Positions 1 to 10,686 of a DNA stretch of 64,000 bases are shown here, in pieces. Source of the DNA: an uncultured Alphaproteobacteria bacterium. GTDB taxonomy: Bacteria > Pseudomonadota > Alphaproteobacteria > Rhizobiales > Xanthobacteraceae. The stretch is taken from the NCBI GenBank assembly GCA_963736355.1, contig CAVTOO010000002.1:257146-321145 (forward strand). Reading direction: 5' to 3'. A program made the translations under genes and the position numbers. Within the stretch, counting starts at the first letter, position 1. Every line of letters starts with the position of its first letter. The notes under the pieces were generated by a model. The model made no database searches and was not told where the DNA came from. It was given only the letters and a program-made list of their open reading frames with translations.

Positions 1-809
1 CGCTCAAAGGCGGTGCGCAGCGTCGGCGCCGTGACGAAAGGATTGCCGTCGCGGTCGCCGCCGATCCAGCTTCCCATGCGGAAGAACGACGGCACCGGTG
101 CGTCCGGCAGCAAGGCTTCGAGCTCGCCATACACCTCCGGGATTTCGCGCAGAAAGGTGATGCGATAGTAGCTCAGCGCGTTCTCGATCTCGTCTTCGAC
201 CCGGAGCTTGAAGGTGCGCAGCAGCCGCGTCTGCCAGATCTTGGCGACATGGGCGCGAATGCGATCGAGATTGCGGTCAAGATCGCGTTCGACGCGCAAC
301 GTGTCGCGCTCGGCGATCAGCGCCGCGATGGCGTGCTCGGCATCGAGAATGCTCTTGCGCTGGACTTCGGTCGGATGCGCGGTCAGGACCGGCGACACCC
401 AGGCATGGTCGAGCATGGCGCGCAGGTCGGTATGGGAGACACCGGCCTTATCCAATCGCTCGAAACAACGCTCCAGGCTGCCGGGCTGCGCCCGCTCGCC
501 CGCCGCCTCATGCGCCTCGCGGCGGCGGATGTGGTGACGGTCCTCGGCGATGTTGGCGAGCAGCGAGAAATACGTGAACGCGCGAATGACCGAGACGGCG
601 TCGTCGGATTTCAGCGACCGGAGCAGCCGGTCGAGTTCGTCGGCGGCGGTGGCGGACGAGCGGCGGCTGATCGCCACCGACAATTGCCGGATGGTTTCGA
701 TGAGCTGGAAGACGCCGTCGCCTTCCTGCTCGCGTACGGTATCGCCCAGAATTTGGCCGAGCAGCCGGATATCCTGAATCAGCGGATAGTCCTTGTCCTG
801 ATGCTCCAT
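1..809 (-). CDS. ppc: phosphoenolpyruvate carboxylase, N-terminal ~269 aa (rest of gene lies left of the window)
   Basis: The reverse-complement translation from the ATG at 807-809 reads MEHQDKDYPLIQDIRLLGQILGDTVREQEG... It later reads DHAWVSPVLTAHPTEVQRKS, the conserved PEPC TAHPTE motif. The ORF runs off the window edge, so it is absent from the ORF track. Confidence 0.85.
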   Translation of the reverse strand, partial: MEHQDKDYPLIQDIRLLGQILGDTVREQEGDGVFQLIETIRQLSVAISRRSSATAADELDRLLRSLKSDDAVSVIRAFTYFSLLANIAEDRHHIRRREAHEAAGERAQPGSLERCFERLDKAGVSHTDLRAMLDHAWVSPVLTAHPTEVQRKSILDAEHAIAALIAERDTLRVERDLDRNLDRIRAHVAKIWQTRLLRTFKLRVEDEIENALSYYRITFLREIPEVYGELEALLPDAPVPSFFRMGSWIGGDRDGNPFVTAPTLRTAFE

Positions 810-954
810 TGTTCCCGCCAAATGCCCGTCCAAGACCAGATTGTGCAGTGCACATCATTGGCCCGAAAGGGGACGATGGCAAGTCCGGCGCGCAACAGGA
901 CCGCCTGCCGAAATCTCTTGCCGTCCAATGCGAACGCCTGCTGTCACCGCCAGA

Positions 955-1865
955 TCAGGGCCGTGTTGTCGGCATGGACTGGCGAATACGTTGTGAGAAA
1001 TCAGGTGCCCCCTCGGCCGCCTGCGCGGCCTCGTTGATGAGGGAGCGCCGGCGCATTTCGTCGAACGGCAGCGGCGTGTCCAACCGGCCCGAATGATAGA
1101 GATAACTTTCGATCAGACCATTGAGCAGATGGCCTCCCTTTGCGTTACGCGACAGCAGAATTCGATATGCATTCAGCGCGAACCTGCCCCCGTTCCCAGA
1201 GCGGGCATATCAACGTCCGACAACATGCGATCCACCGGGCCAATGGCGTGGACCTCCCACCTCGCTCGCGCCGATCTCCCAACCCGCACCGCCCCAGATG
1301 ACATCGACCACACCGAGTTCGCCGGAAGCATCGCGAACAAAAAGAGATTCGGCGCCTCACTGGACCGCAACCCGCCGCCCTGGCCGCGAGCATGACGCCG
1401 CAACAGGCACCACACATCCGCCAGCCTCGTTTCATGACGGTCATTGAGCTCCGCGATAATCTCGTCGTCGTTCGATGGACGGGTCAACGTATAGCTTCGG
1501 AGCGTGACATCAGCGGCCTCGTTCTCGATCTTCACGACATAGCGCTGCGAGAACCTCGCTCCGAGCCAGGAAATCCTGACGTCAGCCGTTGCGGAGATAT
1601 CCTCCTTGAAATGCAGGCGCGCCACAAAGCGATCCTGTGGCAGCAACGAAGAGGTGGACGGCGGATCGAACGACTCCTCGGGCGACGCGCGGAGCGAACA
1701 ACTCACGGCTGTGCTGGCAGATAATGTATCGGCGCGCACCGCCGGCGGATCATTGTCGTTCGCGGCTACGCCGGGATTACCGGCCGCAATGAAGAGAAAC
1801 GCCGAACAAAAAATTGGTCTGAACCGGTGCTGCATCTGGGCCTCCGTGAGTCGGGCAATGCCCAC
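955..1865 (-). pseudogene. exported hypothetical protein, apparently frame-disrupted
   Basis: ORF 1173..1865 has a signal-peptide-like N-terminus (MQHRFRPIFCSAFLFIAAGNPGVAA). Coding-looking sequence continues in another minus frame past its stop: ...RFALNAYRILLSRNAKGGHLLNGLIESYLYHSGRLDTPLPFDEMRRRSLINEA..., ending at TGA 955-957. I recognise no family. Confidence 0.35.
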
Positions 1866-2018
1866 ACGGTAAACCGGACATGAACAGTGTAAATTAAAGC
1901 CACGGGTTCTGGTTAAGGATAGAAGGAAAACTAAAAGCTGCTAAAAATGGATCGAACTTGAAGCGCACAATCTTTTCTCCTCGCCTTCCCCGCCGCATCG
2001 AAAGCCGAGCCCCGGAAC

Positions 2019-2894
2019 ATGAAACAGCCAGACGCTTTCGAAATCATCGACGCGCAAATTCACGAACCCACACCGCCGAGCAAGCTCGGCGCAGGGTTCA
2101 CCCCTGAGGCGGCAACGCTCGTCAATGTCGAACTCGCGCGCGAGGCGATGGACAGCGTCGGCGTCGATATCGCGCTTGGCGTGGCGAGCGAGAAATTCAT
2201 TGCGGCATCCGTGCAACGCTACCCGGAGCGTTTTGCCGGTGTCGTGACGTTCGACCACGCTGCGGGCGATCTCGACGCCGAGGCGGCGCGCGTGCGGCGG
2301 CTGCCGGGTGTCGTTGCCGGCCGGGCCCTGATCACGAATTATCGCGACGCGATCCTGTGGCCGGCGTTCACGGAAGGAAAATTCGAGCCGCTGTTTCGCG
2401 CAGCCGCACGCGAAAAACTGCCGCTGTTCATCTCAAGTCACGGCTGGGCCGCGCAGATGGATGCCGTTGCAGCACGCTACCCGGACCTGACGCTGATTAT
2501 CGACCACATCGGCGTCAGCCAGACGCCGTATTCGCCGCCGCGCGAACAGCCGTGGGACCGGCTGCCCGATCTGCTGGCGCTCGCCCGCTATCCAAATGTG
2601 CACGTGAAACTTTGCGGTGCGCCGCTGCTGTCGACCGGCTCTTATCCTTATGACGACGTCTGGCCGTATCTCGACCAGGTGTTCGCAGCCTTCGGCTCCG
2701 ACCGCATCCTATGGGCCAGCGATTACACGCGCCTGCGCGAGGCGAACCTGCCGCCCGGCAATGCGACGCGGCGGCGCGGGATGCTCTACAGCGACTGCCT
2801 GAATTTTCTGCGCGAGACCGATCGGCTGTCGGTGTCGGACAAGAAAAACATCTTCGGCGCCACCGCCCGGCGGGTGCTGAATTGGCAAAAATGA
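2019..2894 (+). CDS. amidohydrolase-2 family (TIM-barrel metal-dependent hydrolase)
   Basis: 291-aa ORF. The N-terminal IIDAQIHEP and internal LIIDHIGV motifs are typical of the amidohydrolase_2/ACMSD-like family. Confidence 0.75.
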   Translation: MKQPDAFEIIDAQIHEPTPPSKLGAGFTPEAATLVNVELAREAMDSVGVDIALGVASEKFIAASVQRYPERFAGVVTFDHAAGDLDAEAARVRRLPGVVAGRALITNYRDAILWPAFTEGKFEPLFRAAAREKLPLFISSHGWAAQMDAVAARYPDLTLIIDHIGVSQTPYSPPREQPWDRLPDLLALARYPNVHVKLCGAPLLSTGSYPYDDVWPYLDQVFAAFGSDRILWASDYTRLREANLPPGNATRRRGMLYSDCLNFLRETDRLSVSDKKNIFGATARRVLNWQK

Positions 2895-2948
2895 CACTCT
2901 GCTGCTCAGCGTGACGCTCGCTCGCGCAGTGCAAATTGCGCCCGAGAC

Positions 2949-3533
2949 CTACGCCTCGGTTTGCCGATTTTGGTTTTTCTGCATTAATTTCCGGAAGCCT
3001 TCGGCATCGCCATAGTCCTCGAAAGACACGTAGTGAGGATGCGCCCCGACGACGCGCCGGGCATGCTTGATCGGACACCAGTATTGTTCCGTGCGGCCGG
3101 CAATCTCGCGGACATATGCGATCAGGCCGTTGCCGTATGAGCAGTAAGCGCAGTTGATCTTTTCCAGCGTATTCAGATAGCCAAGGTGACGGCGATCGAA
3201 AATGAAATAGTCGCGCCGTCTCACCTTGGGAATTCCGTACACAGGAAAACACACGGCCTGAAAAACGGTCACGGCGAGATCGAGAAAAATAAACGGAACA
3301 ATCAACGCATAAATCACCGGTGCGGTGACAATCACCAGAATGCCCGCTTTCGCGACGTAGGTCCAAAGTCGCGTCCGCAATTCGCGATGCCGGCGGAGAA
3401 TCTCCTGCTCAAAAATGGCGCGGCCCCTTTCGAGGCCGAAGTGAAGCTCGGCCCGGCGCTGCGCCAACTCGGCGTCGAGTTCAGCCTCCAGTTCGCGGAT
3501 CTTCTCGGTGAGCGCGACGATATTGGGATTCAT
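2949..3533 (-). CDS. conserved hypothetical membrane protein
   Basis: ORF 2949..3587. The preferred start is MNPNIV at 3533, preceded by GGAGG. It has a coiled-coil-like N-terminus, two hydrophobic helices and a Cys-rich C-terminal part (CAYCSYGNG...WCP). Confidence 0.55.
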   Translation of the reverse strand: MNPNIVALTEKIRELEAELDAELAQRRAELHFGLERGRAIFEQEILRRHRELRTRLWTYVAKAGILVIVTAPVIYALIVPFIFLDLAVTVFQAVCFPVYGIPKVRRRDYFIFDRRHLGYLNTLEKINCAYCSYGNGLIAYVREIAGRTEQYWCPIKHARRVVGAHPHYVSFEDYGDAEGFRKLMQKNQNRQTEA

Positions 3534-3633
3534 CGGAAGCCTCCGCAGCAGCGACAATAGCCGCGAATGCGACCAGGCTGCACTCAAGCTGTAGCACAGG
3601 ATCGGCTTGTCGGGCTTTCCACAACGCGTGCGG

Positions 3634-4299
3634 TCAGAGCGCGTCGCCGGTCAACGCCATGTCGGTCGCGGAAGTGCCGTCCTCCGGCGGCGGGGGCTGC
3701 GGCGTCGCCATCATCGACGGCCGCTTTGCGTGATGCGCGTAGTAGTCCGCGAGGCCCGGATGCGTGCCACGCCAGTCGAACCGCGCGTGGCGGAAATCGA
3801 GATAACCGAGGCCGCAGCAGATCGCGATATCGCCGAGATCGAAGCGCTCGCGCGACCAATTATCGACCTCGCCTTCCAGAAGATCGAGCGTCTGCCGCAC
3901 CGCCTGCCGGCTGCCATCGGCAATGACATTTGACTTTAGTTCTTTCGGCCGCAGATTTTCCGACACCCAGCGGATGGCCTTGTCGATGATGCCTTCGCCA
4001 AATCCATAGCGCCGCATCACGTCGAGACGCTCAAGGCCCTTCGCCGGCAACATCGACGGCCCGCCAAAATTGGTCGCAAGGTAATCGCAGATGACGGTCG
4101 AGTTCGGAATGACCGTTCCGTCCGCGAGCACCATGGCCGGAATCTGGCCGACCGGATTGATCCTGGCGAAGTCGCTATATGACCCGTCGGCCGACGCAAC
4201 ACGTGCCGCGCGCTCAATCTTGTCGTTGATCCCCAGCTCGTAGGCGCACACCAGAACCTTGCGCACATAGGGAGAGCGAGCGGACGAGTAGAGCTTCAT
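3634..4299 (-). CDS. glutathione S-transferase family protein
   Basis: MKLYSSARSPYVRKVLV...INPVGQIPAMVLADGTVIPNSTVICDYL is a GST N-terminal thioredoxin-like fold signature. The ATG at 4299 follows AGAGG. Confidence 0.8.
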   Translation of the reverse strand: MKLYSSARSPYVRKVLVCAYELGINDKIERAARVASADGSYSDFARINPVGQIPAMVLADGTVIPNSTVICDYLATNFGGPSMLPAKGLERLDVMRRYGFGEGIIDKAIRWVSENLRPKELKSNVIADGSRQAVRQTLDLLEGEVDNWSRERFDLGDIAICCGLGYLDFRHARFDWRGTHPGLADYYAHHAKRPSMMATPQPPPPEDGTSATDMALTGDAL

Positions 4300-4604
4300 G
4301 GGGCCTCTGGACACTGCATCACCGCAAACGCGTTCATACCGCTCTATCCGGAATTAATGAAGCAATGCGAGCGGCGCGCATGCCCGGGTGCGTTGCGCTG
4401 CACCAGCAGCGATCGCAAGTGCCGCGCTGCGAAACAAATGTCCGGCATGTTGCGGACTCGTGTTTCGATAGATGAAAGCGGAGTATTACCGGCGCGCAAC
4501 GACCGCGACCCCAACATCATTGCCAGATATTTTGAACTGCGTAGTGTGAGCGCAACGCCGCGACCAACGCGCCGTCAGACAACAATCAAAATTCAGAGGG
4601 AAAC

Positions 4605-5579
4605 ATGCTTAAACGATCGCTTCTGCTGTCACTGGGAATGGGGCTGATTTTTGCAGCAACTCCTGCGCGTGTTGAAGCGCAGGATTATCCCAATCGCGAG
4701 ATCAAAATGGTCCTCGGCTTTCCCGCCGGCGGCTCAACCGACATTCAAGCGCGCATCCTCGCCGACAAGCTGTCGACGGTTCTTGGCCAGCGCGTGATTG
4801 TCGAGAATCGCGGCGGCGCCAATGGCGCAACGGCCACACGCGGCGTCGCGCGCAGCGACAAGGACGGCTACACGCTCGCCTTCAACGGCACCGACCTGCC
4901 GATCAACCTGCAGGGCATGAGAGAGCCGGGCTACAGCCTCGACGACTTCACCATCATCGGCGCGTTTGCCTACAGCCCGATGGTGCTGATCACCACATCG
5001 AAGAATACCAAGGCAAAGTCGCTGAAGGAATTCGTCGCCTATGCCAAGGCCAACCCCGGCAAGCTGAGCTACGCGACCTTCGGACCTCAGAGCATCGCCA
5101 ACCTCGCCGCCAACCGCTTCAAGGAGCAGGTGGGGATCGACTGGCGCGAGGTACCCTACAAGGGCGCGCCGCAGATCGTGCAGGATATGCTCAACGGCAA
5201 TGTCGATGCCTATTGGGGCCTCACCACTGTCGGCTCGCAGCTGAATGGCCAGCCTGACATCGTGCTGCTCGGCCTTGCTGACAACAAGCGCAACGAGCGG
5301 CTGCCGGATGTGCCGACATTTGTCGAGCAGGGTGTGTCGCAGTTTGTTGAATTCAGCGCCACCGGCCTGTGGGTCCCTGCCGGCACTCCGAAGCCGGTTG
5401 TCGACAAACTGCGCAAGGCTCTCGCCGACGTCCGGGCCATGGACGACGTGAAGGCGCTGCTCGGCAAGTCCGGCAACGCCATTCTCGCTATGACGCCCGA
5501 GGAATACGAGAAGGACGTTCGCAACTCCTCGGCCCGATACGGCGCCGAATTCAAGAAGCTCGGCATCCAGGCGGAGTGA
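4605..5579 (+). CDS. Bug-family (TctC-like) tripartite tricarboxylate transporter substrate-binding protein
   Basis: 324 aa with a signal peptide, then AQDYPNREIKMVLGFPAGGSTD. PYKGAPQ and NG motifs are shared with the other paralogs in the window. Confidence 0.9.
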   Translation: MLKRSLLLSLGMGLIFAATPARVEAQDYPNREIKMVLGFPAGGSTDIQARILADKLSTVLGQRVIVENRGGANGATATRGVARSDKDGYTLAFNGTDLPINLQGMREPGYSLDDFTIIGAFAYSPMVLITTSKNTKAKSLKEFVAYAKANPGKLSYATFGPQSIANLAANRFKEQVGIDWREVPYKGAPQIVQDMLNGNVDAYWGLTTVGSQLNGQPDIVLLGLADNKRNERLPDVPTFVEQGVSQFVEFSATGLWVPAGTPKPVVDKLRKALADVRAMDDVKALLGKSGNAILAMTPEEYEKDVRNSSARYGAEFKKLGIQAE

Positions 5580-5651
5580 CCCGGCCCAACGCAGCGCGCG
5601 GCGCAAGCCGCGCGCGCGCACCGACGCACGATCGACCCACAGAGAGAAGAA

Positions 5652-6638
5652 ATGATTTTTTTTGAAAACCTGACGACGAAACTCGCGCTTGTTGCCGGGC
5701 TGGCCGTGACGCTGACAGCGGCCGCACCGGCCTCGGCGCAGACTTTCCCCGATCGCGAAATCAAGGTCGTCGTGACCTTCGCGGCGGGTGGCCCGACCGA
5801 CGTCGTCGGGCGGATCATCGCGGAGCATATGGGCAAAGCCCTCGGCCAGCGCATGATCGTGGAGAATCGCGCCGGCGCCAACGGCGCGACGGCGACGCGC
5901 GCCGTCGCCCGAGGAGAAGCGAATGGCTACACGATCCTGCTCAATGCTTCCAACATGGGAACGAACATCATCGGCATGCTCGATCCCGGCTATACCTGGG
6001 ACGATTTTACGGTCATCGGCGGCATTTCCTATTCACCGTTCGTGATGATGGCCAACACCGCCGGGTCCAAGACAAAAACCGTGAAGGACATGATGGCCTA
6101 CGCCAAGGCCAATCCCGGCAAGCTCAAATTTGCCTCGCTCGGACCGCAGAGCCTGAACGCCCTGCTGCCGCAGCGTCTCGGCATGCTGGCCAAGATCGAG
6201 TGGCAGGAAGTCCCCTATCGCAGCGGCGCGCAGGTTGTGCCGGATCTGCTGAACGGCACGATGGACGTTTACTTCGGACTGCTGAGCACCGGCGTCTCCG
6301 TGTTCGGCCGCCCCGACATCGAGGTCATGGGCATCTCGGAGCCCGCGCGCAACAAGCTGCTGCCGACCGTTCCGACGTTTGCGGAACAGGGCTTCCCGGA
6401 GATCAACGATTTCAGCGTCAACGGATTCTGGGTGCCGAAGGACACACCCAAGCCGGTGGTCGAGAAGCTGCGCGCGGCACTGGAAGAAGCCAAGAAGTCG
6501 CCGGAGTTTCAGGCGCAGGTCGAGAAGACCGGCAACCTGATTTACAAGGAAAGCCACGAGCAGTTCGATGCGCTGATCAAGCGCCTGACCAATCAAGTCG
6601 CAGGCGACTTCAAGCGGCTCGGCATCAAGCCGGAATAA
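5652..6638 (+). CDS. Bug-family (TctC-like) substrate-binding protein
   Basis: 328 aa with a signal peptide, then AQTFPDREIKVVVTFAAGGPTD. It is collinear with its neighbours. Confidence 0.9.
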   Translation: MIFFENLTTKLALVAGLAVTLTAAAPASAQTFPDREIKVVVTFAAGGPTDVVGRIIAEHMGKALGQRMIVENRAGANGATATRAVARGEANGYTILLNASNMGTNIIGMLDPGYTWDDFTVIGGISYSPFVMMANTAGSKTKTVKDMMAYAKANPGKLKFASLGPQSLNALLPQRLGMLAKIEWQEVPYRSGAQVVPDLLNGTMDVYFGLLSTGVSVFGRPDIEVMGISEPARNKLLPTVPTFAEQGFPEINDFSVNGFWVPKDTPKPVVEKLRAALEEAKKSPEFQAQVEKTGNLIYKESHEQFDALIKRLTNQVAGDFKRLGIKPE

Positions 6639-6750
6639 AGCAGGCCGGCACGTGACGGCGCGTCACGGACGCACCGTCACGTCCAGCTATGCGTCACAGG
6701 CTATGAAAACGACCATATCCAAAAAAATAATTTGAATGGGAGAGATACCA

Positions 6751-7725
6751 ATGAAAAGGAACAGCCTTCTCGCCGGTCTGTTCGGCCTGATGATCGCGGC
6801 CACAGGCCTGAGCAGCGCGACTGCACAAGACTATCCGAACCGGGAAATCAAGCTGGTCGTCGGCTACGCGCCGGGCGGCATCACCAATACGCTGGCGCGC
6901 ATCCTGGCTGAGAAGATGTCGGATGTGCTGGGCCAGCGCGTCATCGTCGAGAACCGGCCGGGCGTGAATGGCGCCATCGCCACGCGCGCGGTGAAGCGCG
7001 CCACGCCGGATGGCTACACGCTGATCTTCAATTCCACCAACATGGCGATGAATCTCTACGGCCTGAAAGAGCCGGGCTATGTGTGGGACGATTTCGTGCT
7101 GGTCGGCAGCATGTCCTATGGGCCGCTGGTGCTGGTCGCGAACACGGCCTCGAGCAAAGCGAAGACGCTGCAAGAACTCATCGCGTACGGCAAGGCAAAC
7201 CCCGGCAAGCTGACATTTGCGACGCTCGGACCGCAAAGCATCCAGAACGTGGCGTCCGAACGGCTCAACGCGCTGACCGGAATCGGCTGGCGGCAAATCC
7301 CCTACAAGGGAGTCGATCAGGTGATGCCGGATATCCTCAACGGCACGGTCGATGCGTATTTCTTCGTGCCCAACACGGCGGTCCAGGTCATCAACCAGCC
7401 GAACATGGTCGGCATGGGTGTCACCGACAAGCGCCGCATGGAGTTGATGCCGAACGTGCCGACATTCATCGAAGCCGGCATTCCTGCTATCAATGACTAT
7501 GCCCTGACAGGCGTCTGGGCCCCGGCCGGCACACCGCAGCCGATCCTCGACAAGCTCCGCGCCGCCATGGCCCAGGTCATCAATGCGAAGGAGACAAAGG
7601 AGCTGATCGAAAAGACCGGCTCCGTTGTCTACATGGATTCACGGCAGCAGTTCGACACGGAGATCCGCAAGCAGACCGAGCAATACACCGAAGACTTCAA
7701 AAAGCTGGGCATTCAGCCGGAATAA
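6751..7725 (+). CDS. Bug-family (TctC-like) substrate-binding protein
   Basis: ORF 6736..7725. The start MKRNSLLAG at 6751 follows GGGAGAG. It contains AQDYPNREIKLVVGYAPGGITN. Confidence 0.9.
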   Translation: MKRNSLLAGLFGLMIAATGLSSATAQDYPNREIKLVVGYAPGGITNTLARILAEKMSDVLGQRVIVENRPGVNGAIATRAVKRATPDGYTLIFNSTNMAMNLYGLKEPGYVWDDFVLVGSMSYGPLVLVANTASSKAKTLQELIAYGKANPGKLTFATLGPQSIQNVASERLNALTGIGWRQIPYKGVDQVMPDILNGTVDAYFFVPNTAVQVINQPNMVGMGVTDKRRMELMPNVPTFIEAGIPAINDYALTGVWAPAGTPQPILDKLRAAMAQVINAKETKELIEKTGSVVYMDSRQQFDTEIRKQTEQYTEDFKKLGIQPE

Positions 7726-7757
7726 ACCGGACACGCCAGACGGGTGGAGCGACATCG

Positions 7758-9242
7758 ATGGCCAAACTGCTTTCATCCGAGATCACGCAAGCGCTTCACG
7801 CCATCGTCGGTGACAAGGGCCTTGTTACCGACACCGCATTGCTGAAATTCCACAACGCCGACTGGTTCGGCGCGGCGCGCGGCCGGGCCGCGGCCGTGGT
7901 CAAGCCGGCGACGACCGCGGAGGTCGCCGCCATCGTTGCGTTCTGCAACGCCAATAATCTGAAGATGGTGCCGCAGGGCGGCCTGACCGGCCTGATGGGC
8001 GGGGGCTCGCCTGTCCACGATGACGACGAAGTGCTGGTGTCGCTGGCGCGCATGAACCGCATTCTCGACGTCAATGCCGATGGCTACACCATGACGGTCG
8101 AAGCCGGCGCGGTGCTGCAAAGCATCCAGCAGGCCGCGACCGAGCATGACCGCTTCTTTCCGTTGCGGATCGGCTCGCAAGGCTCATGCATGATCGGCGG
8201 CAACATCTCGACCAATGCCGGCGGCGTGAACATGCTCCACTACGGCAATGCGCGTCAGCTGGTGATGGGGCTGGAAGTGGTACTGCCGGACGGACAGATC
8301 TGGGACGGGCTGCGCGCACTGAAGAAAGACAACACCGGCTATCACCTGAAAGAGCTGTTCATCGGCGCCGAAGGCACGCTCGGCATCGTCACCAAGGCCG
8401 TGCTCAAGCTCTTCCCGAAGCCGAAGGATGTGGCGACTGCCTGGATCGCGGTGCGTGACCCAGCCGCGGCAATCCAGATGCTGTCCGAGGCGCGTGGCGC
8501 ATCGGCCGACAGCGTCACCTCCTGCGAATTGCTGAACTCCTTCTCGGTCGAATGCATTCTCCAGTACGGCCAGAATCTGCAACGACCGATTGCCGGGCAA
8601 CACGACTGGCATGTGCTGATGGAATGGTCATCGCCGCGTGCGGCCGGCGAAGATGCCTCCGGCACGATGACCGAACGAATGGAAACCTACCTCGCCGACT
8701 GTCTCGAGCGCGGCCTCGCGATCGACGCCACGCTGGCGCAATCGGTGGCGCAGGCACGCAACATGTGGGCGATCCGCGAGAGCAGCGGCAGCTCGATGCA
8801 GCGGCAGCCCAACCCGACCTGCTCGTTCGATGTCTCGGTGGCGGTGAACAAGATTCCCGACCTCATCGAACGCGCCAATGCCGCCGCGCTGAAGGCGGTG
8901 CCCGGCGTGCGCCCGCGCCCCGGCGGTCATGTCGGCGACGGCAACATCCACTATTCCTTCACCGCGCCGGAGCACATCACCACCAAGGCCGACTACGCGC
9001 CGATGGTGAAAGTGCTGGACGAGATCGTCAACGACATGGTCGCCGAGATCGACGGCTCGTTCTCGGCCGAACACGGCATCGGCATCATCAAGGTGATGGA
9101 GCTGGAGCATTACCGCTCGCCCGTTGAACTCGACATCATGCGCGCCATCAAACGCGCGCTCGACCCCAAGCATTTGATGAATCCGGGCAAAGTGATCCGC
9201 GTCGATCCGACCGAGACCGCGCTGGAACGCGGCACGATCTAG
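7758..9242 (+). CDS. FAD-binding (FAD-linked) oxidase, GlcD/D-2-hydroxyacid dehydrogenase-like
   Basis: 494 aa. It has an N-terminal FAD_binding_4-type region (VVKPATTAEVAAIVAFCNANNLKMVPQGGLTGLMGG) and a C-terminal oxidase domain (GSFSAEHGIGIIK...LDPKHLMNPGK). Confidence 0.85.
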   Translation: MAKLLSSEITQALHAIVGDKGLVTDTALLKFHNADWFGAARGRAAAVVKPATTAEVAAIVAFCNANNLKMVPQGGLTGLMGGGSPVHDDDEVLVSLARMNRILDVNADGYTMTVEAGAVLQSIQQAATEHDRFFPLRIGSQGSCMIGGNISTNAGGVNMLHYGNARQLVMGLEVVLPDGQIWDGLRALKKDNTGYHLKELFIGAEGTLGIVTKAVLKLFPKPKDVATAWIAVRDPAAAIQMLSEARGASADSVTSCELLNSFSVECILQYGQNLQRPIAGQHDWHVLMEWSSPRAAGEDASGTMTERMETYLADCLERGLAIDATLAQSVAQARNMWAIRESSGSSMQRQPNPTCSFDVSVAVNKIPDLIERANAAALKAVPGVRPRPGGHVGDGNIHYSFTAPEHITTKADYAPMVKVLDEIVNDMVAEIDGSFSAEHGIGIIKVMELEHYRSPVELDIMRAIKRALDPKHLMNPGKVIRVDPTETALERGTI

Positions 9243-9489
9243 CCAGCGCTGCGCCAGCAAAACCTTCCAAATTCTGGCCCATCACACCGGCGAGACATAC
9301 GCCTTTGTAAAGAAACACCAATATTGGCCTGTGGACGCCTGTTTCGGCTACGGAAAAATGCGCCTGCCACAAGGCAGGAGTGTCCGGCAGCGCCGCATGC
9401 TATCGTGACGCCGGCAACAGGCCACGACCGCAAAGATACCGACAAGCGTATCAAGCGATAAAACCAGACCAGACTCCGGGAGAGATTCC

Positions 9490-10494
9490 ATGCCGACCTC
9501 CGACATGATCGCGAATGGCAAACTGCGCGCGCGGCGGCGAAATCGCGCCGTGCGCGAAAAGATCGGCGACACGACGCAAGGCGTGCCTCTCCCCGCACCC
9601 TGCCGGACAAATTCCCACCGCGGCTCGACCGATTTCAACACGCGTTCCTACCCGACCGTGGAGTCCATCGCGCGCGGCCTGCATGTGCTGCGGACCGTCA
9701 GCAAATTTCACATCGTGACGCTCGGCGACATCTTCGCCGAGACAAAGATCCCGAAGCCCACGATCGTGCGCGTTCTGGAGACACTGATCTCGGAAGGCTA
9801 TGTCGCGCGCGATAATCTGTGCGGCGGCTATCGCATCACCTCGAAAGCCAACGAACTGGGCCTTGGGTACAACGGTATCTCGCAGATCATCGAGGTCGCG
9901 CGCCCGATTGCCATCGCGCTCACCGAGCGGACACAATGGACTGTCGGGATCGGCACGCCCGACAACGACGCCATCTGGTTGCGATTTTCCACGGCCGCGC
10001 TTTGCAAACGCGCAAACGCCGTATCGCTCGGCTGGCGGCTGGATCTTTTCTATACGGCGATGGGCCGCGCCTATCTCGCATTTTGCCCGGATGCCGACCG
10101 CGAACGTATTTTCAAATCCCGGATCGACAGCGGTGTGTCCGACCGCGCGGACGAAGCCAAGGTTCGCGAGCTGCTGCCGGAAATCAGAGAGAAGGGTTAT
10201 GCCACCCGCGGCGATACCCGCACCGTCAGCGCATCGAGCGTTGCGGCCCCGATTTTCAGCCAGGGCACGCTGCTGGCGATCGTGAACCTGTCCTACTTCA
10301 AGGAGGCGACGCGGCCGCACACGCTGCGCGCGGAAACGACCAAATCGCTGCTGGAGACCCGAGCGGCGATCGAGGCCGCCATCCAGCTCGAGCAACAGCC
10401 CTCGGCGCGCGAAGACAATCTGAACACGCAGCTGCGCGCGTCACACGTGCCGCCCATCAGGCTGGAAAACGATTTTTCGAACCTGCCCAATTGA
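9490..10494 (+). CDS. IclR family transcriptional regulator
   Basis: It has an HTH region (SIARGLHVLRTVSKFHIVTLGDIFAETKIPKPTIVRVLETLISEGYV) followed by an IclR effector domain. The N-terminal ~55 aa look like an extension, so the true start is uncertain. Confidence 0.75.
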   Translation: MPTSDMIANGKLRARRRNRAVREKIGDTTQGVPLPAPCRTNSHRGSTDFNTRSYPTVESIARGLHVLRTVSKFHIVTLGDIFAETKIPKPTIVRVLETLISEGYVARDNLCGGYRITSKANELGLGYNGISQIIEVARPIAIALTERTQWTVGIGTPDNDAIWLRFSTAALCKRANAVSLGWRLDLFYTAMGRAYLAFCPDADRERIFKSRIDSGVSDRADEAKVRELLPEIREKGYATRGDTRTVSASSVAAPIFSQGTLLAIVNLSYFKEATRPHTLRAETTKSLLETRAAIEAAIQLEQQPSAREDNLNTQLRASHVPPIRLENDFSNLPN

Positions 10495-10686
10495 TGCGAG
10501 GCGCGCGAACCGCAGAGCGGCCGCCTGCCTGCGGCCAAAGACGATCCCGATGAATTTGTCGCGCAAGCGTCAATCGATGCGGTGCAGCACATAATCTTCC
10601 CACACCTCGCTTTCCATCGCTGTGGCGGCTGATAAAGTCGTCACCATCGCAAATCGATAACGACTAAAAAACCCGGAGGACGTGAC